A stretch of 58,540 nt of DNA, the filler included, from Perkinsus olseni (taxonomy: Eukaryota): assembly GCA_013115125.1 (NCBI GenBank). It is 3 parts of 3 records of this genome, joined end to end, with 100 filler letters (N's around TTAATTAATTAA, not from the genome) between each part and the next. Parts side by side here need not be neighbours in the genome. Positions count along the whole stretch, not along the records: positions 1 to 19,523 come from JABANN010000597.1; positions 19,624 to 39,143 come from JABANN010000598.1; 1 more part is not named here. The stretch is one strand, 5' to 3'. Of the stretch, positions 12,368 to 24,069 are shown in pieces. Numbering within the stretch: position 1 is the first letter of the stretch; every line of letters starts with the position of its first letter. The position numbers and the translations under genes are program-made. The notes below the pieces were generated by a model. The model worked only from the letters and a program-made list of their open reading frames with translations, ran no database searches and had not been told where the DNA came from.

Positions 12368-15300
12368 TCAACTCCTAGACGGGTAGGCTCTCTCTGGTGA
12401 GGAATAGTAATAGCATGCGGGTCGGCCAGTATGAAGCCCTGAGGGAAGAGCCAATCTGGTAATAGCAGCCTCAGAGCGACGCCCCAGTACACCAGCCCAT
12501 CTACAGCTCACACCTTCAAGAGACTTACCGGAGGCTCCACGCGGTGGTGGTGGCCAGCGGTCCCTCCCAGGCATTGGAGGGGCATTTGGTGGGGGAGGGA
12601 CAGGACAGCTGGCCGGGGTGGCATAGCGACCAAAGTTGGAGCCCATAGGAGGCGGGGGAGCACTTCCACTGCATGTGTAATAGCTCGACGGTGGGCGCGG
12701 TGTGAGTATCGCATACGAGCCGCCTTGGGATGACCAGCCTCTTTGGTACTCATCAGACCATTGCCCCGTATTGGTCCCCTCGGAATCTCGCCAAGCTGGG
12801 ATCCGGTTGTCCACCACGGGATGTGCCGTCGATCGGGACCAGCCACCACTGTGATAATAGCTCTTCGTTGAGGCCCCCCTACCACTACTGGGTGTATTCC
12901 CCTCGCCGCGATCCGCCATCGGGGTTGGCTGGTCCCGAGGGGGCGGCGGAGCCCCGGCCGGTGAGGTACTGGGCTGGAGGACAACCTTGCCATCGCCACC
13001 TCCGACGGATTGTGGACCGGTCCTGTCCTCACTCGCTGTGCCAGAGCTCTCCATAGGGACAGGGGCCGGAGGGGCGGGCAGGATCTTCTTCGGCGACAAT
13101 ACAGGTGTAGCTGAAGCCCCGCTTCGTCTGCTGGTCGACCCCGCCCGGCTACTAGTATGACAAGACCGTGATCTGTGTCGTCTGGTGCGCTGGTGATTGC
13201 TGCGGTGGTGAGAGGAGGAACCCCTCGAGGAGCGATGCCTTCGACTCCGTTCTCGGGAAGACCGTCTGTCGTGGCGCCTAGAGGATGAGGATCGTCGACC
13301 CCGGCGGCTGCGGCTCCTCCCTCGAGCGTGCGGTGATGCTCTGTTCGACCGGCTGCGCTTCGGCGACTGAGAAGTTGGTCCAGCTCCTCTGCCGACAACT
13401 TTCTCAGAAGCTGAGGGCTCGCCAGTGGAAGCTACAGCAGTAGGCTGTCCGCTTGTGGGCCGGAGCGAGCTCGATGGCGCTTCCGCAGGCGGCTCTGCAT
13501 TGCCACCTGGCGGTTCATCCCTCGGCTCCTCAACTGCCTCCATTTCCTCGCTCACAGCGTTCCCTTCATCCCTCGGCTCCTCAACTGCCTCCATGTCCTC
13601 ATTCACAGCGTTCCCTTCATCCCTCGGCTCCTCAACTGCCTCCATGTCCTCATTCACAGCGTTCCCTTCATCCCTCGGCTCCTCAACTGCCTCCATCTCC
13701 TCATTCACAGCGTTCCCTTCATCCCTCGGCTCCTCGACACCCTCAATGTCCTCATTCACAGCGTTCCCTTCATCCCTCGGCTCCTCGACACCCTCCATGT
13801 CCTCGCTCAACGCGTTGCCGCCGCTCTGTACTACAGGTTGACACCGGGGGTCATCAACTTTCTCGGTCGTGCACAGAGTCGACTCGCCGGTGGAAGCCGA
13901 TAAAAACGGCTCAGCAGCAGTACTCTCCTCGGCCTGGTGGAGGTGGCTAGGTGGAGCAGGACTCGAGGACTGTGCGGCATCCACTCCAGGTTCCATCTTT
14001 ACTCTCCATGGTCTATCAACCCTCTCGAGCTTACATCCAGTGAGAGCACGCCTAGCACGCCCCAATCCACGGCATGCCGAAGTCGATGCCACGGGCTCGC
14101 GTTTCACAAGTGGAGCCCTCGCCTGCGCTCTCCGGGATACCTCTTCCTTGACCATCGCCGTAGAGGAGCCCTGATCGCCGACCGTTGTCCCCCTCACCTG
14201 GGAGGGTTTTTCCCTCGTCGCCCGAATGCTGGTGCCCCCTGCGAATGGGGATTCTCCTTCAGAATGCTGCTCAGCCTCAGTTGACTCGTTTGCGTTTGAC
14301 GGAGATGCCGGAAGGATCCGAGCTACGGCCGGTGGAAGGAAGGGAGGCTCATCCTCGTGTGCACCATGCTCTCCCGTGGAGGCAGTGCTACCAGTAGTAC
14401 TCGAAGCCTCGACCGGCCTCAGTGCCGCTGCCCGCTTGGATTTCTTTCGAGGACCTCTCGCCCTCTCCTCCGGTTCCGGGGAACGGCGCCGTCTCCGTTT
14501 CCTGGGTCTGCTAGAGCCCTTTCCGCCCTTCTTTGAGTCCCCGCCTTCTCCCGCAGGCTGTGGCGCTGGCTTCGACGCTTTCACTTTCTCTCGGCGTCGG
14601 GTCTCTTTTTCCACCTCACCATCGCTAGGCGACTCTTGCTGCGGATGCCGCTTTTGATACTTCATTATGCGGCTTACAATAAATCCTCTTTTACCCGTCG
14701 AACTGACACCAACCTCCTCACAGCACTTCCGCAGCTGCGGCAAACTCAGCTCGTCCAGCTGCTGCCTCGTGAAAGGCCGTACGAGATCCTCTGAGGGCGC
14801 CGGCGACGCTGGAGGGGACGTCTGGATCCCCGCCGACCTCTGCGGGGCCTCTTCCTGAGGAGCCTCTGTCGTCAACGGCAGGTCCTCAGCGTTGTAGGTC
14901 TGCCGAAGAAACCAACGTCCCTGTCTAACGGCCGCCCCCTCCACCTTGATACCAGCATGGACTCTCGAAACCCAACGGCGAGCTTCATCTGCTTTTTGTC
15001 CTTCAACGAATCAAAGCCGTGGACGTGCTTCCCCAACCACACGCTAAGATGCCGGATACTGAGAAAAGATACCTGCCGGAGCGCATCCAACCAGCTGCCC
15101 ACCTCCTCTGGCCACACAAATCCTTCACAGCCGGACAGCCAATAAAGACGTCCTCCGCTAAGCAGTGCTCATGCACGTACAAGGTTCGGACACCGTCAGC
15201 GCTGAAGACATCCGAGGTCGGGTAACCGAGCCTCAGACTGTGCTCCAGGATCTTCCGCCCGCATCCGCAGCAGCGAGTGTTACTGTGCTCCGGCTGGTCC

Positions 15301-15437
15301 ACTGTGAAATACCATTTTTCTCGACCACCGTCATCTGGCGACTCATAAAGAGTCCAGCATTCACGCCGGTCATCCCACTCGGCGTTGAAGACCGGCGAGG
15401 GCCTGGAAGGCCCCACGGGGGCCTCAATGGCCGACAT
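12368..15437 (-). CDS. PARP-type zinc-finger + SAP domain protein, paralog 2, with acidic tandem repeat and RS/Pro-rich tail
   Basis: WDDRRECW..SNTRCCGCGRKILEHSLRLGY..YVHEHC; second exon WLGKHVHGFDSL; SAP-like LDELSLPQLRKCCEEVGVSSTGKRGFIVSRIM; long 858-aa terminal ORF. Confidence 0.8.
13514..13816. repeat. Coding 51-bp tandem repeat, about 6 copies (17 aa EDMEAVEEPRDEGNAVN)
   Basis: TTCATCCCTCGGCTCCTC recurs at 13514, 13565, 13616, 13667, 13718 and 13769. Confidence 0.95.
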
Positions 15438-15987
15438 TGACTAAGTCAATCAACTTTGCAAACGGGCGGCATTGGTTTATGCCACGATCCTCCTTCACGA
15501 TGCATCACTTCTTAGGCGCTGATTCCAACGAGAAGCATCAACTTTGATGATGAAAATGAGTTACCGAGCAACGCTGAGTTGCTGTCGCCTGTGGCCGTGC
15601 GCCAACTCGGAGGTCCTCCGGCTGAGATCACCAGATCGGGTCCGGCTGATCCTCAAGAAGCCTTGCAAAGTAGAGGCTATAAACAGAAGCTTTCACTGCT
15701 CACAAGACAAGCATCGGACGCAGCCATCTACCGTACGACCCCACAGCCAGCAGAACCACTGGGCTTATTGCGAACACACAGTCAAGCCTCTTGGTTTCAT
15801 AGAAACATTCACTACTCTCGACATGACTTCCTTTATTCTAATCAGCAGAAGCTTCCTCACATCAGAAAATAGTCAAATTACGATATCACTTCCCAAACCG
15901 ATGGGTTCTCCGCGCCGGGTAGTATGGCCGTGGGATTTCTCGATGGCCTGAAGGATCAAAGCAGACGAATATGGAATGGCCCGAGAA

Positions 15988-17943
15988 TCATTCCGACAGA
16001 ATCTTCCGATGTAGCATGAGAGGCATCACAACAGCACCCTCACCTGAGCTCCCACGTGAGTACGGCGTACGACCCTTCCCAGGCAGCGATGCCGGGAGGC
16101 TGGCGTTGGGCGCAGGAGGAGGCAGGCGAGGAGGAGGAGGAGGCCGGTGAGAGGCAGATGGGCAGCCGCCGAGGTACGGAGTCGTGGGGGGCGGCAGAAA
16201 ACTTCCTCCGCCAGAGTAATGCGGGTAATTAGACATGAATCTTGGAAGAGCCATACGCGGGTTCATCGGAGCTGGCCATCTCCCTTGGTGACTATCAGGC
16301 GGCTGCATGATGTGACCAATAGCCGGCGTCTGGCACGGGCACCTCACACCCGCAGAAACTGTGGCGTGAGGGCCACATCCAGAGGGGCTGGCATTCCCCA
16401 CCGGTGCCACCCCAGCATCCGATACCCTCCCGAGTTCCGCATTCACCATGTTGCCCTCAGTCTGTGTGGCACGTTCCTCTACGCCTCTCCTCACTCTGCG
16501 GGCCGAACAGCCTGTCGACTTCCTCCCGAGACTCGCCCCAGTTCGCTCAGCCGCCGCGGCTCTCCCGGGTGAATCAGCCTCTGCATCGCGGTTTGCTGGT
16601 CGCCCCGCTCCAAACCCAGCTCTCCTCCGTCCCATTCCATTGCCCCTCGACCTCACTTCGCGCTTCACTCGAGCCGCCTCCGCCTGAGCAACTCGATCCT
16701 CCTCCTCCTTGGGCGTCTCATCAGAAGGTGCCGGGGAGTCTTCGAGGTCTATCACCTCAGTGGAAGTGGGTTTATGTGCCCTCCTCACCGGGGCGCCTCC
16801 TTCCAGACCCTTACTTGACACTCTAGCTCGCCGCTCGATGTCCGCGTACGATTTCGGAGAGACTCGAGCCTCGGCGGAGCGAGGACCACGCCCCTCAGTC
16901 GATGCAGTGCTGCCAGTAGAACTCGAGCCCTCGGCCAGTCCTGACGACACCCTTCTGGCTCTCTTGCGAGGAGCCGTCGAATCAACTCCCGGTGGCAGCG
17001 AAGAGAAACGCTTATCAAGGCCTCCCTTAGCCGCTGCTGAGGAAGCCTTACCTCCACGCCTGAGTGGCGCCGAAGACTCCCGAGCGGCTCCTCTTCTATC
17101 CCTTGCTCGGGTCGATCTTTCTCTTCGATTGCTGGACGACCCTTTCTGCCTAGATTCCTGTGCCTGCTGCTGCAGTGATCGGCCGGCGAGATTCGAGTTC
17201 TTGCTAGCAGCCCGCGTACCAGTCTTTTTGCTACGCATTCGTCCCTGAGAAGAGTGGAGCATCTTTAGTCACCGCTCCAGAAGAGGACGGGTGAGGAGAC
17301 TCACTGTGATTTCAGGATCGGTCGGTCGGGCCCCAGAGGAGTCCTTCCTCGACATAGCTCTTAGCGAGCCTTTCCTCCTAGGTTCTTCTGCTACCGCTGG
17401 ATCGAATGCCTAGAGGACATAACGCCGTCCACTAGCGATGGATGTCTTTCTCCTTACGAAGGAAGCTCTGAATCCATCGGCCAGCTGAGCTCTCTCCTCC
17501 TCAGCCAACTTCTCGCTTCCATGCACATGTGCAGCCAGCCATAGGACCAGTTTCCGGCCGCTAGAAGGAGATGCCTGCAGACAACTGAGGCGGAGCGAAA
17601 TCCCACCTCCGGCTACGACAGGCATCCCTGAGGTCCCCGAGAGCTGTAAAGACATCGCTCGGCAGGCAGTGCTCATGATGGTACGCCGTCCTCACTCCAT
17701 AAGCACTGTAGCTGTCCAGTACTGGATATCCCACCCTCAGATGATGCGCCAAGATGATCCTCCCACAGCCAGAGCAGCGAGTCTCATTGTGCCGCGGCTT
17801 CTCCACCAAGAGAAACTATCGCCTTCATCACTGCTGACAGATGACGACTCGAAAAGAGCCCAGCAATTGCGCTGGTCGTCCCAATCGGCGTGAAACGCCG
17901 GTCGAGACCTTGAAGGCCCCGAGTGACCCTCGGTCACTGACAT
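15988..17943 (-). pseudogene. PARP-type zinc-finger protein, paralog 3; apparent frameshift/stop in exon 1
   Basis: MSVTEGHSGPSRSRPAFHADWDDQRNCW in one frame; VEKPRHNETRCSGCGRIILAHHLRVGY..YHHEHC in another, preceded by TAG where the paralogs have Trp. Later WLAAHVHGSEKL and a 424-aa tail sharing SSxTGSTAST with paralog 2. Confidence 0.65.
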
Positions 17944-18151
17944 AAACGAAGTCAACTGAGACAATTGTCGACAGTCGATAAGAGACGGCGCGGGATGAGT
18001 CGATCGCCACCCGGCCGTGATGAGTAACACAGAGCGGTGCTGAATGATGATAAACTAGCATGACACCATGATACTCTACGGTCTGTACAGCGACAGACGA
18101 CTAAGACATCATAACTACTCTATTTCTGCTCAGGAGATGATGATGATGAAT

Positions 18152-19437
18152 TCACAGCTGGAATAAGAACTTGAGGTCAGCGATGGTGAGCTTCTCAAGG
18201 CCACCGTTGAAGTTACCACCAATGGTTCCATCGAAGATCAGCTGCTTCTTCTCCTACCACAAGGAAATGATGAGTATGCTATTGTCCTAATCTGTCGGAG
18301 ACAGCTCGAGAAGAGCACAGCATATGAAGCACGAATAGAGATAACGCAGCAGCTCGCTCGATCCCTGGCGGTGTTAGAAAATGACTTTGAGGTGGCCTTA
18401 CTTGCAGTGCCTTGATCTGCTCCTCGATGATGTTCTCAGAGATGAGGTGATGACTTCTCACAGCTTGCTGTTGTCCCAGGCGATGGCAGCGCTGGATGGC
18501 TTGCTTCTCCAAGGCCGGGTTCCACCACGGGTCTGAGCAGTGCCACCTGATCCACTTGCCGGCATATCGGGCTCACCAAGCACGAAGACGTGGCTGGCCC
18601 TCTGGAGATTGAGGCCTTCCCCACCAGCGGAGATCGATACCAACAGGAGGCTGCAGTCGGACGCCGACGACTGAAACACGAAGGTGAAGGATCATCGCTA
18701 GAGATGACGGTGGCCCACCTCCACGAAGGCCTTGATGATTCTGGTGCGGACGGCGAGAGGTATCGAACCGTGGATGATCTGACGACATGGGAGGGCATAC
18801 ACAGAAGCACATGACAGAAACATATAGCATGACGTCGATCGCCCTTGCTCGAAGCGACAGTCTCACGAAGGTGGTGATCCCTCTAGCCTTGAGATGGTAC
18901 TGGCACAGCTCAAGAAGCTTCACGAAGCAGGAGAATACTAACCTGAGAAAGTGAGTCGATACTTTCCCGACAATCAATGGGCTTGCATTTTCGCTGTCAA
19001 GGATGATCGGAGCTGAGTTCTGCATACTACTATACTACGTATAGCATATTCAGTGCGCATGGGGTCGGGCGGAGCGAAGCAAAGAACGGTGTGACGCGGA
19101 TTTCGAGCCAAATTTGCACGCAGGCGACCTCACGAGTCGTGAGGTCACGACGTCGAGAATCAGCGAGATTGAGCCAGATGCTCAAGTCACTGAGTAGGCC
19201 AGTGGAATTGTCGGACGAACTGTCTCACCCTTTAGCCTGCGGATTCTCTCGGCGCATCTCCAAGACCTTGGAAATGAGAACATCGATCTTGGACGATGAT
19301 GGTATGGCGGGCCCGTGCATGCCCTGTAGTTGGGTGATGACACTGTTCCTTGGAGCCAGGCTCGACAGGGAAAGGAGGGCCCTGACTTCCTCCGAGGATG
19401 TGCCCTTCATCCCTTCCGGTGCCATAGTCGTTTGAAC
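18152..19437 (-). CDS. Second RAD16-like SNF2 helicase, C-terminal exons only (5' part beyond contig end)
   Basis: [90 protein letters not shown]. Intron positions parallel those of the first helicase. Confidence 0.88.
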
Positions 19438-19523
19438 CTGAACTCATAGATATCGTGAGTCATTGATAACCAAACCCCACTCTAGTGGATTCTTAGAGGA
19501 ATCTGTAATTAATATTATTGAGC

Positions 19524-19623
19524 NNNNNNNNNNNNNNNNNNNNNNNNNNNNNNNNNNNNNNNNNNNNTTAATTAATTAANNNNNNNNNNNNNNNNNNNNN
19601 NNNNNNNNNNNNNNNNNNNNNNN
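19524..19623. other. Artificial contig-joining spacer N44-TTAATTAATTAA-N44
   Basis: Exactly 100 nt with a six-frame-stop linker; an identical spacer is at 39144. Confidence 0.97.
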
Positions 19624-20002
19624 CCGAAGTGGTAGAACTGTGAGGGCCCTGCGTAGAGCTAGTGTTGGTAGTACTAGACGATGATGGCACTGCTGTAGAT
19701 GAGGGGCCAGTGGAAGGAAAACCAGTAGTGGTTCCACTGGAAGTAGACGATGTGGTCCCGGTGGTTGACGACAGCAGCGTTGGTCCAACAACAGCGGTGG
19801 ACGAGGGAGGTACATCGGCTCCACCACAGGGAACTGATGAGCCTTCACAGAGCCCAACGGTGAAGTTACACTTGCTTCCAGTTATTCGGGCTGTGTTCTC
19901 ACAATAGTCATCCCAAGCTTGCTGACTTGGCACAGCCCCTCCCACTTGTACGATTACAGAGGCCATAAGGACGGCATAGGCGATGTGGAAGCAGCAAGCC
20001 AT
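19624..20002 (-). CDS. Secreted Cys-module + Thr/Ser-rich (mucin-like) protein, 3'-truncated by gap
   Basis: MACCFHIAYAVLMASVIVQVGG signal-like start; module AWDDYCENTARITGSKCNFTVGLCEGSSVPC; then a S/T-rich linker. Confidence 0.7.
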
Positions 20003-20551
20003 CAAGGAGCTCGGTAAAATGCTTAAAAGCTGACAGATAGGGGTTAATCGTCCACATTCGAGGAGTGTCCAGGCGGCATGATTGAACTTGCACGCGCGTG
20101 CACATCCAACCGTTTTGTCCCTGGGCGCATCCCTTCTCGGCGTGTCTCCACTTTCGTGCTGACGGAAAGCTCCTGAGACCGTCATAGGTGACACTGTAGG
20201 GCCCCTTGAGTGCTATAGCCCATGTAGGGTACACAACTTCCTGTTTGCAACGCCTTGGTACACGCGTGCCCCCTCCGGCAGTGAAACGGCTCGGCGCGCG
20301 CAGGTGACCGCTGGCGGGTTGCCGGTCGAATCACAGCCACTCAAAACCAAACTGGGAGCAGCTACTAAGCAATCGAATAGAGTTCAGCGTAGCGCATTCC
20401 CGGATCGCAGCGAGGGTCTGCCGGGCAGACTCTGCCGCCGATGATAGAGTTACGAGCGATGGAGGACTCAGAAGACACGCCAAAGGCCCTCCCACTAAGT
20501 GTTTGCATTTAGTAATTAACACCCTTCCCAACCACTCCCCGCTGACTCGCC

Positions 20552-21580
20552 ATGTACTCGTCAGGCATACCTGCCCTGTTATCACTAACAGCAGCCACCC
20601 ACCGCGGGCTACATAGGCTACCCGAGTGGGACAGCTACTGCAGGGCCGTCAACGGCGCGGCGAGTTTCTGTATCAGAACCCAATTACTGGGAGATTTCTG
20701 CGCTTTCGGCAATGAGGAATGCGGCAGTGGCACCATTCCGCCGTACACTACTACGCCATCTACCACACAACAGCCGACAACCCCGGAATCTTCTACTCTT
20801 CCACCTGCTTCTACCACTACGACTATTACGGTGACGACCCTCCCACCGAATGCGTGGGACGACTTTTGTAGGGGTCTGAACGGTCCCTCCAGTTTCTGTC
20901 TTTCAACTACCCTCCTCGGAAGCTTCTGTGCCTTCGGTAATCAACCCTGCGCGAGTGGCGATCCCTCGACCATCACACCCGAGGCCTCCACGAGCTCCTC
21001 AACTACAGCCACGGTGTCCCCTTCCACAACGACGGCAACGCCATCCACAACTCGCACTTCTACTAAGCCCGTTTCCGTCTCTAATACACCAACGGCAATG
21101 CGGCCTGAAACTCAGCCAGTAGATTTCCGACCCGCATGCGATAGTTTCTGCGAGAAACTGAACGGCCCCGCCTCCTACTGTAAGGATTGGTCATCCTTCC
21201 CTGTCTGCCAGTTCGGCAATCAGCCGTGCGGATCTCTCGTGGATTGTCAGCTAAGTACCCCTATACCAACGCCCGCAGTGCTGAGCACTTCTCCCATTCC
21301 AACAGCGAGGAGTCGTGGCTGTGACGAGATGTGTAGAGATCTCAATGGTGCCTGGTCGTACTGTAAATCTTGGGCTACCAACCCGGTGTGCCAAGGGGGC
21401 AACCAGCCCTGTGACGGCCTTTCCTGCTCAGCGACTGTTGGTGGTGACGCGGCCGTCCGCGAGGACTGCTCCTCGATGTGTATCAGGCTCAGCGGGCCAG
21501 GCTCGTATTGCAAGGTTTGGAAGGACCCCCCGACCTGCCAAGGAGGGAATCAGCCATGCGGCGTTCCCCACTGTGACTAG
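20552..21580 (+). CDS. Secreted protein with five Cys-rich ~35-aa repeats and Thr/Pro-rich linkers (intronless)
   Basis: 342-aa ORF with a short hydrophobic N-terminus and a repeated module close to [WC]DxxCxxLNGxxS[FY]C-x8/9-CxxGNQPC. Confidence 0.85.
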   Translation: MYSSGIPALLSLTAATHRGLHRLPEWDSYCRAVNGAASFCIRTQLLGDFCAFGNEECGSGTIPPYTTTPSTTQQPTTPESSTLPPASTTTTITVTTLPPNAWDDFCRGLNGPSSFCLSTTLLGSFCAFGNQPCASGDPSTITPEASTSSSTTATVSPSTTTATPSTTRTSTKPVSVSNTPTAMRPETQPVDFRPACDSFCEKLNGPASYCKDWSSFPVCQFGNQPCGSLVDCQLSTPIPTPAVLSTSPIPTARSRGCDEMCRDLNGAWSYCKSWATNPVCQGGNQPCDGLSCSATVGGDAAVREDCSSMCIRLSGPGSYCKVWKDPPTCQGGNQPCGVPHCD

Positions 21581-22025
21581 CCGGCTAGTAACTGTACTCG
21601 TGATGTTATTCACGTGATTTTGTAAGCAGCTCCGCAAGCGTATTCTCATCTTCATCGCGAAGGCGCTGAGCCAATAAACCCAAGCATAAGTGAGTCATCG
21701 GCAACCGATTTCACATTCATTATTTTCGTGATGCATGTTAGTGTTATTATTAAAGTACTGCTACTGTGCGGTTGAGTTGTCGCAGAGTACAATTGAGGAT
21801 AGTTGGAAACGAACGTGGAGTCCAGGAAGTTGAGGGCTTCGTGGCATACTGCTGATAACAGAATAAGTTTGATGAACGACTAGTAATTAACCAGTCGTTC
21901 CCTTTCGGCTGTGCTCGAATCCCTGAAGAATATCGCAACATCCAAAGATATCTCCAAGTTGCCAAGCGATCAATTTCTTCATCCGTCCGTTGCGCTCGCT
22001 AACTCATAATCGCAAGAATTGCAAC

Positions 22026-23732
22026 CTAAAATGCCCCACAGTGGCTACAAGCCCCTGCATAACCATCTCTAACCATGGGAAGGGCCTGGACGAGTTCACC
22101 TTGCGGATTGATACTTCGAGATGGATTAACTTTCATGCAACTACGAAGTCCGCGAACGATGAAGGGAAGCCTAAAGTGTGTTTCTTTAAGGTTGTTCATA
22201 CCCGCCGACTGGGATGCAGAGAGTGCTTGCCCTCTCACACAGGCTTCTACTACGCTCACGACGTTCATCTCGATGACATAGAAGTGACTTCACCCTTTTC
22301 CCCATGAACTCGCCACCTGTGGTGTCTTCGGAGTGATGGCGGATTGGGTTAGAACAATTAAACGGCCTGAGCCGCTCACACTCAACTAGGGCAGCGCCAC
22401 CTTGGTCGAGGGCAGATGGAAACAGTCGCGATCCAATCCGCTGCCTTCAATCACCAGAGAACTGTTCAAGAACTCAATCTCCTATCTATCAGAAACACAT
22501 CGAAACGTTAATAACATGCGGTGGCTCTCATTGTGAACGCCCCTCCAACCACGTGCCAACCTGGCCGAGATCTTCCAATTGGAAGTCGGGACTGAAAAGA
22601 TACGCCATGCAACTACTTCGCTTGAAGGATACGAAACGCTCGGGCAGTGCGGCTCTCAGCAACAGCCACCCCCGCGCTCACAAAATCGATAGAATATACG
22701 TCACGAGGATCACCGAATGACGCAGCCTGTCTGAATCAGATCTCTGAACATTCTACGATCTTTCTCAATAGCCTAATTTCTCCATGCATCTCCCTTTAAA
22801 CGCTCTCGAGGTTGCCTCTGATTCTCCCACTTACTCTGGTAGCAGGTGTCTTCTCAAGGCGGTCTCGTAATCTTCATCGCCCTCGAGTATAGCCGGATGA
22901 CCGGTGGCATGAATGGCATTCAACAGGAGGAGTCTCTCGCCCTAAAAAATGGAGAACCCTTCAGGTGCTTGCACCGCGAATCGAACCCGCAACTTCACCT
23001 GTGGGAGACTGTCAACAACCTCCTTGCACCGTCTCCACAAAGTCTCCAAGACTGCAAGCTCCTTCTTACTCAATGGCTCTCGTGAGAAGTGAACCCTCGC
23101 AAGAATCACCGACCCCGCCGCTACAGCCACGTCCTGAACCCATCATAGATTCATCCAGTTCTGCCATTCACGCTGTGTCGTTGCGGTGGCCAGGTGGGAG
23201 ACCCAACCAAAACGGCCTACCCGTTGACTCGTCCCTTCTTCCCTCCACCGATCGACGCTTTGGAGTAGCTGGCCTATAAGGGCTGTATCGTTAAGCTCGG
23301 CTCGCAACAGCAGCCTTGCCGCCATCCCTGCTGATTCAACCCTAACCGTCTTCGCCGACTTCAAGCTCTTGCTCAATAGCTGGCACAACTTCTGGAAGAA
23401 AGAGAGCTGGTCGATCACAATAGCACAGCAAAGTGACGGACATCAATATCGGTCACCGTTCGGGGGACGAAGCCTGACTGAACGAGCGCTCTGAGGACGA
23501 GCACGGCGAGGTCGAATTCACCACACTCGGAGCCATCCACTCGGAGATGAGGGGGAAGAACCGCCTGAAATGGCAGCAGGAAAAATGTCCTTCTCGCTGA
23601 GATCAGTTGGCATACTTGCTTGGCGAGATCCCTCGTCTTGAGGCTTCTGATCGCCGGTAGTAGCACTGAGTCCCAGGCCTTGTGCACATCAGCAGTGAGG
23701 GTGAGACGAGATAAGGACTGATCACGATACAC
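22026..23732 (-). CDS. Hypothetical multi-exon helical protein (possibly degenerate)
   Basis: Successive minus-strand ORFs with protein-like, Leu-rich composition (VHKAWDSVLLPAIRSL, FDLAVLVLRALVQSG, FFQKLCQLLSKSL, LAVLETLWRRCKEVV). No recognised domain; boundaries uncertain. Confidence 0.4.
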
Positions 23733-24069
23733 TAGATATCACCCGGCGGTCGAAGTGGGTCATCATCATGATGGATTTTACTTTATTCACCACAGCTGGT
23801 GATGGAATTCGTAAGAAAGTAAGACGGTGAAGATTGGAAAAATTCAAGATTTAGCGGTGGCCCAGAACAAAATTTCGAAATTTTGCAATCCAAGTTCATA
23901 ATACGTCGGACTACAACACGCTGTAACGACACCATTCGAATCAAAGCAAGTATGCCTATCCTTGGCAGCAAACGCGGCAGATATAGAGCTGTTAGAAAGC
24001 AAGAAGGGAATACAGAATCGCCCGCTAGTTTGTATGTCCGAGGCCTGCTCGTAATCCCTGCTCGCCGTT

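Noticed and set aside
13514-13816. Regular repeat superficially like a CRISPR array
   Set aside because: Head-to-tail coding repeat with no unique spacers, in a eukaryotic context with no cas genes.
19169-19180. CATCTGGCTCAA on the minus strand, matching part of the perkinsid spliced leader as I recall it
   Set aside because: Only 12 nt, intronic, and lacks the 5' CCGTAGC and terminal G; plausible by chance.
19568-19579. TTAATTAATTAA as a piggyBac TTAA site or regulatory palindrome
   Set aside because: Embedded in N-runs and repeated identically at 39188; an assembly linker.
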